From Clostridium sp. CAG:273 (GTDB lineage: Bacteria; Bacillota; Clostridia; TANB77; CAG-508): a stretch of 39,748 bases of DNA. A model generated the notes under the pieces. The model ran no database searches and was not told the origin of the DNA. It saw only the letters and a list, made by a program, of their open reading frames with translations. Each line of letters starts with the position of its first letter. Position 1 is the first letter of the stretch. The DNA lies in the NCBI GenBank assembly GCA_000438355.1, contig FR901446.1, positions 1-39,748 on the forward strand, given 5' to 3'. The position numbers were made by a program, and so were the translations under genes. This document shows positions 32,178 through 39,748 of the stretch, piece after piece.

Positions 32178-33047
32178 ATGTCATTTTCATCAGATGTAAA
32201 AGAAGAATTAAGTAAAATAAGTAATTTACCAAATAAAGATGAAGTAAAAGCAGAGCTAATAGGTTATTTATTAACTTCTAATATAGATATACAAAAACAA
32301 ACTTTAAGGTATTCTACAGAAAGTCAATATAATATAAATAGATTTGGAAAATTGCTTAGCAATTTAGGCTATATAGATTATAAGATAGAAATACAAGGAA
32401 AAGTATATTCAATTACTGTAAAACAATTAGAAATGGACGAAATTAATTATAAAGAAAATAACATTTATTTAGCCACTTTAGACAAAATCTTTAATAAAGA
32501 GAACTTAGAAAAAGCATTAGTAAGAGGATGCTTTATGGGAAGTGGATCTATAAATAATCCAAAAAATAAATACCATATGGAGATATTATTCAGTTTAGAG
32601 AAAAATGCAAAGTTTATATTAGAAATATTAAATAAATATAATATAGAATTTAAAATATTAGAAAACAATAGTACATTATATTCAAAAGATGGAGAGGAAA
32701 TATCTAAGTTTCTAGCTTTCATTGGTGCAAATTTCTCTGTTTTAAAATTTGAAGATATTAGAGTTTTTAGAGAAATGAGAAATAACGTCAATAGGCTAGT
32801 AAATTGCGAAACAGCAAATATTAATAAAATAGCTACTGCAGCAGCAAAGCAAATAGCGGCAATAAATAAAATAAAGAAAATGGGAAAATTTGATAGTTTG
32901 CCAGACAATCTTAAAGAAATAGCAGAAGTTAGAGAAAAAAATCCAGATATGTCTTTACTAGAATTAGGAAAACTTTTGCAAACACCAATAGGAAAATCTG
33001 GAGTTAATCATAGATTAAAAGCTATAGAAAAAATTGCAGAAGAGTAG
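32178..33047 (+). CDS. whiA: DNA-binding sporulation/cell-division regulator WhiA
   Basis: MSFSSDVKEELSKI.., a LAGLIDADG-like middle region (LVRGCFMGSGSINNPKNKYHMEI) and a C-terminal HTH (..LLELGKLLQTPIGKSGVNHRLKAIEKIA) match WhiA. Confidence 0.9.
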   Translation: MSFSSDVKEELSKISNLPNKDEVKAELIGYLLTSNIDIQKQTLRYSTESQYNINRFGKLLSNLGYIDYKIEIQGKVYSITVKQLEMDEINYKENNIYLATLDKIFNKENLEKALVRGCFMGSGSINNPKNKYHMEILFSLEKNAKFILEILNKYNIEFKILENNSTLYSKDGEEISKFLAFIGANFSVLKFEDIRVFREMRNNVNRLVNCETANINKIATAAAKQIAAINKIKKMGKFDSLPDNLKEIAEVREKNPDMSLLELGKLLQTPIGKSGVNHRLKAIEKIAEE

Positions 33048-33063
33048 GAGTGAATTTATAGAA

Positions 33064-34230
33064 ATGAAAGATATAGGAATTTATGTACATATTCCTTTTT
33101 GTAAGCAAAAATGTTACTATTGTGATTTTATCTCGTATGTAGGAAAAGAAAAATTAGTAGAAAAGTATATAAACATATTAATTAAAGAAATAACAGATGT
33201 TGCAGAAGGAAATAAACTTGACTATGAAAGTGGAATGGATGATTTATTTAAAGTGAATACAATTTACATAGGAGGAGGAACTCCATCTTTTATAGATAGT
33301 AAATATATTGTAAATATTATAAAAATAATAAAAGAAAAATTTAAATTAGACGAAAATGTAGAAATAACTTTAGAAGTAAATCCAGGTACAGTAAACAAAG
33401 AAAAGCTTGAAGATTATTTTAAAATAGGAATTAATAGATTAAGTATTGGTTTGCAATCTACAAATAATAATTTGCTTAAGGAAATAGGAAGAATTCATAC
33501 ATATGAAGAATTTTTAAATACATATTCCTTAGCAAGAAAAGTAGGTTTTAATAATATAAATGCAGATTTAATAATAGGTTTGCCAAAACAGACTATAGCA
33601 GATGTAGAAAACTCAGTAAATGAACTAGTAAATTTAAAATTAGAGCATATTTCTGTATATTCATTAATTCTAGAAGAAGGAACTATGCTAGAAGAATTGG
33701 TAAGAAGCGGCAAACTAAAACTTCCAGAAGATAAAGAAGAAAGAAATATGTATTGGAAAGTAAAAAATATATTAGAGAAAAATGGATATAACCATTATGA
33801 GATATCAAACTTTGCAAAGCATGGAAGTGAGTCAAAACATAATTTAGATTGTTGGAAACAAAAAGAGTATGTTGGATTTGGAGTAGCAGCCCATTCTTAT
33901 ACAAATGGTGTAAGATATTCTAACATAGAGAATATAGAAGAATATATAAAAAATTATGAGGAAGGAAAAGAAGAAGATAATTTTGTATTTCATGAAAAGC
34001 AAACACATAATATGAAAGTAAAAGAATATATGATGTTGGGATTAAGAAAAATAGAAGGAGTATGTATACAAGAATTTAAAGAAAAATTTGCAGCAAATCC
34101 TATATTTGTTTTTAAATCAGAATTAGAAAAGCTAGTAAACGAAGAACTACTAGAAGTAAATGGAGATTATATAAAATTAACTAATAAAGGACTAGACTTA
34201 GCAAATTTAGTTTGGGAAGAGTTTGTATAG
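33064..34230 (+). CDS. hemW: Radical SAM heme chaperone HemW (HemN-like, coproporphyrinogen oxidase family)
   Basis: GIYVHIPFCKQKCYYCDF (CxxxCxxC), IYIGGGTPS, NRLSIGLQS and a C-terminal HemN_C-like region are present. The position upstream of hrcA is conserved. ATG 33064 is preferred (AGGAGTG upstream). Confidence 0.87.
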   Translation: MKDIGIYVHIPFCKQKCYYCDFISYVGKEKLVEKYINILIKEITDVAEGNKLDYESGMDDLFKVNTIYIGGGTPSFIDSKYIVNIIKIIKEKFKLDENVEITLEVNPGTVNKEKLEDYFKIGINRLSIGLQSTNNNLLKEIGRIHTYEEFLNTYSLARKVGFNNINADLIIGLPKQTIADVENSVNELVNLKLEHISVYSLILEEGTMLEELVRSGKLKLPEDKEERNMYWKVKNILEKNGYNHYEISNFAKHGSESKHNLDCWKQKEYVGFGVAAHSYTNGVRYSNIENIEEYIKNYEEGKEEDNFVFHEKQTHNMKVKEYMMLGLRKIEGVCIQEFKEKFAANPIFVFKSELEKLVNEELLEVNGDYIKLTNKGLDLANLVWEEFV

Positions 34231-34262
34231 AAAAATGAAGTCACGGAAAATTCACACAATTT

Positions 34263-34289
34263 TTAGCAATATGTATTGACAATTGCTAA
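34263..34289. promoter_or_regulatory. Degenerate second CIRCE-like inverted repeat overlapping the hrcA promoter -35
   Basis: TTAGCAATA-N9-AATTGCTAA has the same 9-9-9 geometry and the same outer TTAGCA/TGCTAA hexamers as CIRCE. The N9 contains most of the TTGACA -35. Confidence 0.4.
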
Positions 34290-34304
34290 AATTGGTTATA
34301 ATAT
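34276..34304 (+). promoter_or_regulatory. Sigma-A promoter of the hrcA-grpE-dnaK-dnaJ operon
   Basis: TTGACA (34276..34281), then a 17-nt spacer to TAATAT (34299..34304). Alternatively a 15-nt spacer to TATAAT (34297..34302). Confidence 0.5.
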
Positions 34305-34312
34305 ATATAAAG

Positions 34313-34339
34313 TTAGCAGTCAAATAATATGAGTGCTAA
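34313..34339. promoter_or_regulatory. CIRCE operator (HrcA binding site)
   Basis: TTAGCAGTC-AAATAATAT-GAGTGCTAA compared with the consensus TTAGCACTC-N9-GAGTGCTAA. It lies between the promoter and the hrcA start. Confidence 0.9.
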
Positions 34340-34355
34340 AATAAGGTGATAATAT

Positions 34356-35363
34356 ATGTTAAATCCAAGAAAAAGAAAAATTTTACAAGCAATTGTAGAT
34401 GAATATATTAATACAGCAGAGCCAGTAAGTTCTGGAAGTATCGTTCAAAAATATGGGTTAGATTTTAGTAGTGCAACAATAAGAAATGAAATGGCAGATT
34501 TAGAAAAATCAGGGTATATTGAAAAAACACATACTTCAAGCGGTAGAATTCCATCTGCATTGGGTTATAGGTTATATGTAAACGAATTAATAAAAGATGA
34601 TAATATAAGTTTAGAAGAAATAAAATATATACAGTCAAAGTTATCAACAAAGGTAAATGAAATAGAAGATTTAACAAAAATAACTAGCCAAACTTTATCA
34701 GAGGTAACACACTATACATCTGTTGCAGTTGGACCTAGAGCAGAAGAGCAAAAAATACAAGAAATAAAATTTGTTTTGTTGGGAACAAGAATGCTCATGG
34801 CAGTTATTTTAACAGATACAGGAATGGTAAAAGAGACAATAATAAAATTTGACGAAGATATAAATGAAGAACAAGTAGAAACTTTAAACTATATTTTTAA
34901 TAATAAATTAAAAGGTAAACTTTTAGAAGAAATAAATCAACCACTAAAACAATATATACTTTCGCAGATGGATTATAGTGTAAAAGTTATAAAACCTGTA
35001 TTAGAGCAACTAAATAAAGTAGTAAATGAAAATAATGATAAAATATATTTAGATGGAGCAAACAGAATATTTGATTTACCAGAATTTAAAAGTTTAGATG
35101 TGGCAAAAAGATTTATTAACCTTATTGACACAAAAGAAATTGTACTAGACTTATTAAATACTGGATTTGCTAATGATATTAATGTTTATATAGGAGACGA
35201 AAGTAAAAATAAAGAGCTACAAGACTTTAGCATAGTAACATTTAGGCATAAATATAAAAATAAAGATTTAGGAACAATAGGAATTATAGGACCAAAAAGA
35301 ATGGACTATTCAAAAGTAATTTCTGTTATGAAATATATCAGCAAAAAGCTAAATGAAAAGTAA
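34356..35363 (+). CDS. hrcA: Heat-inducible transcription repressor HrcA
   Basis: RKRKILQAIVDEYINTAEPVSSGSIVQKYGLDFSSATIRNEMADLEKSGYIEKTHTSSGRIPS is the canonical HrcA N-terminus. Confidence 0.95.
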   Translation: MLNPRKRKILQAIVDEYINTAEPVSSGSIVQKYGLDFSSATIRNEMADLEKSGYIEKTHTSSGRIPSALGYRLYVNELIKDDNISLEEIKYIQSKLSTKVNEIEDLTKITSQTLSEVTHYTSVAVGPRAEEQKIQEIKFVLLGTRMLMAVILTDTGMVKETIIKFDEDINEEQVETLNYIFNNKLKGKLLEEINQPLKQYILSQMDYSVKVIKPVLEQLNKVVNENNDKIYLDGANRIFDLPEFKSLDVAKRFINLIDTKEIVLDLLNTGFANDINVYIGDESKNKELQDFSIVTFRHKYKNKDLGTIGIIGPKRMDYSKVISVMKYISKKLNEK

Positions 35364-35383
35364 TTTGAAAGGTGGTATAACAA

Positions 35384-35923
35384 TTGGGTGAGAATAAAGA
35401 AGAATTAAAAAATAATGCTAATGTAGAAAAGGAGCAGGCTAAAGAAAATAATATGGAAAAAGTAGATGAAATTATAGAATTAAAGAAAAATGTAGCAAGC
35501 ATGAAAGCAGAAATGGAAGAAAAAGATGATAGATATAAAAGAATAATGGCAGAATTTGAAAATTATAAAAAGAGAAGTGCTAAAGAAAGAGAAACATTAT
35601 ATGAATCAATAATTTCAGAAATTGTATCATCATTTTTACCAGTATTAGATAATCTAGAAAAAGCAGTAGCTGCTGAAACAAAAGACGAAGAATACAAAAA
35701 GGGAGTAGAACTTATGTATCAACAGTTTAAAGATGTTTTGGGGTCAAAAGGAGTTAAAGAAATAGAAACAGTTGGAAAAACATTTGACCCAGAATTACAT
35801 GAAGCTGTAAGTTTAGTAGTAGATGAAAACTTAGGAGAAAAAGAAATTAAGGAAGAATTTAGAAAAGGTTATATGATAGGAAATAGAGTTATAAGACACT
35901 CTATGGTTATAGTAGCAAATTAG
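35384..35923 (+). CDS. grpE: Nucleotide exchange factor GrpE
   Basis: RIMAEFENYKKRSAKE, LPVLDNLEKA, FDPELHEAV and R.GY..G.RVIRHSMV are GrpE motifs. TTG start lies behind AAGGTGG. Confidence 0.92.
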   Translation: MGENKEELKNNANVEKEQAKENNMEKVDEIIELKKNVASMKAEMEEKDDRYKRIMAEFENYKKRSAKERETLYESIISEIVSSFLPVLDNLEKAVAAETKDEEYKKGVELMYQQFKDVLGSKGVKEIETVGKTFDPELHEAVSLVVDENLGEKEIKEEFRKGYMIGNRVIRHSMVIVAN

Positions 35924-36111
35924 AAAAGGAAAAATATACTTATATATAATTTTAAAAAGAACCTAAGATAAAAATTCAATATTATTAAATAAATTGGATG
36001 CAAAATTAGAAGATAGTTTTTAATTTTATATAAGTAATAAGAACGGGCGAGGATATTGCTTATATATTTAATATAAAATTTGTTAAATTCGCCGAAACTT
36101 TTGTTATATAA

Positions 36112-38001
<1,890 letters not shown>

Positions 38002-38056
38002 TACTTAAAAAATATAATTTATTATAAATAAAAATATAAGCAAGAAAAACAAAATG

Positions 38057-38157
38057 AAAAAATAATGTTTTGACAGCAGTTTAAAAACAGAAATGTTTGG
38101 GAAAAAGAGTTTCTAATAAAGCAATAGAAAATTCACTGTTGCGAAACATTATTTTTT
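38057..38157 (+). terminator. Long-range hairpin with U-tract between dnaK and dnaJ (partial terminator / processing element)
   Basis: AAAAAATAATGTTT (38057..38070) and AAACATTATTTTTT (38144..38157) are exact complements. The stem can extend inward by about 8 imperfect pairs (TGACAGCAG / CACTGTTGCG). The 3' arm itself supplies the T-run. Confidence 0.45.
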
Positions 38158-38193
38158 CTGCTATTAATACTGCAATACTTTAGGAGGAACGAA

Positions 38194-39351
38194 ATGGCAG
38201 AGAAAAAAGATTATTATGCAATTTTAGGAGTGGAAAAAACTGCAAATGATGATGAATTAAAAAAAGCATATAGAAAATTAGCAAAAAAATATCATCCAGA
38301 TGCAAATCCAGACAATAAAAAAGAGGCCGAAGCTAAATTTAAAGAAGTTAATGAAGCATATGAAGTCTTATCAAATCCGGATAAAAGAAGAATGTATGAT
38401 CAATTTGGTACAGCTGATCCACAAAGTGGATTTGGAGGGGCAGGTGGTCCATTTGGAAATGGTACATATACATATTCTACAAGTGGATTTGATGGATTTA
38501 GTGACTTTGGAGATTTAGGAGATATTTTCTCATCTTTTTTCGGAGGTGGCTTTGGAGGTAGAAACCAAAGAAACAATGGACCTCGTAAAGGAGCAGACTT
38601 AAGATATGACTTAGAAATAAGCTTTGAAGAGTCTTTTTTAGGAACAGAGAGATATATAAATATTAGTAGAAATGAAACTTGCGAAACATGTCATGGTGAG
38701 GGAGCTAAACCAGGAACACATGCAGAAACGTGTCCGATTTGCCATGGAACAGGACAAATTAAACAATTGCAAACTACTATTTTAGGTCAAATGCAAACGA
38801 TGAGAACATGTAATAATTGTCGTGGAACAGGAAAAGTAATAAAAGAACCATGCGAAACATGTAAAGGAAAAGGCACAGTTAGAAAACAAGTTAAGCTAAC
38901 AGTAAAAATTCCAGCAGGAATAGATGATGGTCAAACTGTTGTATTACGTGGAGAAGGTGAACCAGGAGAACAAGGTGGACCAAAAGGAGATTTATATATT
39001 AATGTACATGTAAAAAAACATAGTATATACACAAGAAGTGGAGATAATGTACTTTGTGATATACCAATTACATTTACACAAGCAACACTAGGAGCAGATT
39101 TAAAAATACCTATGGTTGATGGAAAACAAGAAATATATAGAATACCTGATGGAACACAATCTGGTACGAGATTTACCATAAGAAATAAAGGTTTTAAAAG
39201 TATAAATGGAAACTCATATGGAGATTTTGTATTTACAGTGCAAGTACAAGTACCAAAACGCTTAACAAAAGAACAGCGTGATATATTAACAGAACTTGCA
39301 AAAACAATGAATGAGCAACCACCAGTAAAGAAAAGAGGACTATTTGGCTAA
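38194..39351 (+). CDS. dnaJ: Molecular chaperone DnaJ (Hsp40)
   Basis: The J domain is DYYAILGV...[14 protein letters not shown]-rich linker follows. Four CxxCxGxG zinc-finger repeats are present ([32 protein letters not shown]). Confidence 0.97.
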   Translation: MAEKKDYYAILGVEKTANDDELKKAYRKLAKKYHPDANPDNKKEAEAKFKEVNEAYEVLSNPDKRRMYDQFGTADPQSGFGGAGGPFGNGTYTYSTSGFDGFSDFGDLGDIFSSFFGGGFGGRNQRNNGPRKGADLRYDLEISFEESFLGTERYINISRNETCETCHGEGAKPGTHAETCPICHGTGQIKQLQTTILGQMQTMRTCNNCRGTGKVIKEPCETCKGKGTVRKQVKLTVKIPAGIDDGQTVVLRGEGEPGEQGGPKGDLYINVHVKKHSIYTRSGDNVLCDIPITFTQATLGADLKIPMVDGKQEIYRIPDGTQSGTRFTIRNKGFKSINGNSYGDFVFTVQVQVPKRLTKEQRDILTELAKTMNEQPPVKKRGLFG

Positions 39352-39411
39352 AACGTTTAATAATTAAATAAAATAATAAAAATTGGTGAATCTAGTTATG
39401 AATTGAAACTA

Positions 39412-39450
39412 AAAAATAGGATTAGAGTTTAAATCTAATCCTATTTTTTA
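39412..39450 (+). terminator. Intrinsic terminator after dnaJ
   Basis: AAAAATAGGATTAGA (39412..39426) pairs with TCTAATCCTATTTTT (39434..39448), and further T follow. Confidence 0.8.
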
Positions 39451-39669
39451 TGTGTATAATATAATGTTAACGTTAAAATGTAAAAGAAGCAAGTTTGAAA
39501 AAAATTAAACAATTTAAATTAAAACATAAGATTTAATAATGACAAAAATGGAATAAAAAGGAAATGAAATCGATAAAAATAAAATATTCTCATTTTGAGA
39601 TTATTTAGAGCTATAAGACTTACAGGAAATGAGAAAAATTAAAAAATAATAAAAAAAATTCAAAAAATA

Positions 39670-39698
39670 TTGACTAAAAATTATAAAAATGATACTAT
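39670..39698 (+). promoter_or_regulatory. Candidate promoter reading out of the right window edge
   Basis: TTGACT (39670..39675), 17-nt spacer, TGaTACTAT (39690..39698), preceded by an A-rich UP-like tract. Confidence 0.3.
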
Positions 39699-39748
39699 TC
39701 TTTTATAAAATAATACAAAGTTTTACAAAATATTTTAAAATATTTTGT

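Noticed and set aside
28069-32908. Long antisense ORFs 28069..28620 (-), 29456..30109 (-), 31695..31880 (-) and 32465..32908 (-).
   Set aside because: Each is embedded opposite a confidently identified gene (rbfA/nrnA, truB, prmC, whiA). Their composition is hydrophobic and low-complexity, and they lack SD sequences.

Overview
Very AT-rich chromosomal segment of an endospore-forming, probably gut-associated Firmicute. I infer a Clostridia-like organism from splB, a cotJC-type Mn catalase, whiA, a bile-salt-hydrolase homologue and the gene order. About three quarters of the window is conserved housekeeping, almost all on the + strand. It comprises ylxM-ffh-rpsP-khpA-rimM-trmD-rplS (12.3-16.4 kb), dnaE (16.6-20.1 kb) and rimP-nusA-ylxR-ylxQ-infB-rbfA-nrnA-truB (22.4-30.2 kb). 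It continues with prmC, whiA, hemW and a CIRCE-controlled hrcA-grpE-dnaK-dnaJ operon (31.1-39.4 kb). The left 12 kb is more accessory. It holds a large serine recombinase (cut by the window edge), a choloylglycine hydrolase, a 5'-truncated cotJC-like catalase, an acyl-ACP thioesterase and a PflX-like radical SAM protein. It also holds thyA-folA, a YgjP-like metallopeptidase, splB and a 948-aa pilin-like/GLUG-repeat surface protein. A six-domain FN3 secreted protein sits between dnaE and rimP. I saw no rRNA, tRNA, CRISPR array or transposase. Three items deserve a second look. (1) A compositionally foreign ~0.7 kb cassette sits between truB and prmC. It has a promoter, a ~200-nt G+C-rich structured RNA with terminator/anti-terminator-like alternative pairings, and a 117-aa ORF with atypical codon usage and its own strong terminator. 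I cannot assign either part to a known family by eye. (2) The cotJC-type spore-coat catalase gene is present only as an intact 3' fragment abutting accessory DNA that carries a large serine recombinase. This is the signature of a skin-like sporulation-gene intervening element, here with a bile salt hydrolase as apparent cargo. (3) The pilin-like GLUG protein is preceded by a structured leader containing an (AG)10 microsatellite and an intrinsic terminator right in front of its RBS. All functional calls come from reading motifs in the translated ORFs. No database search was possible.
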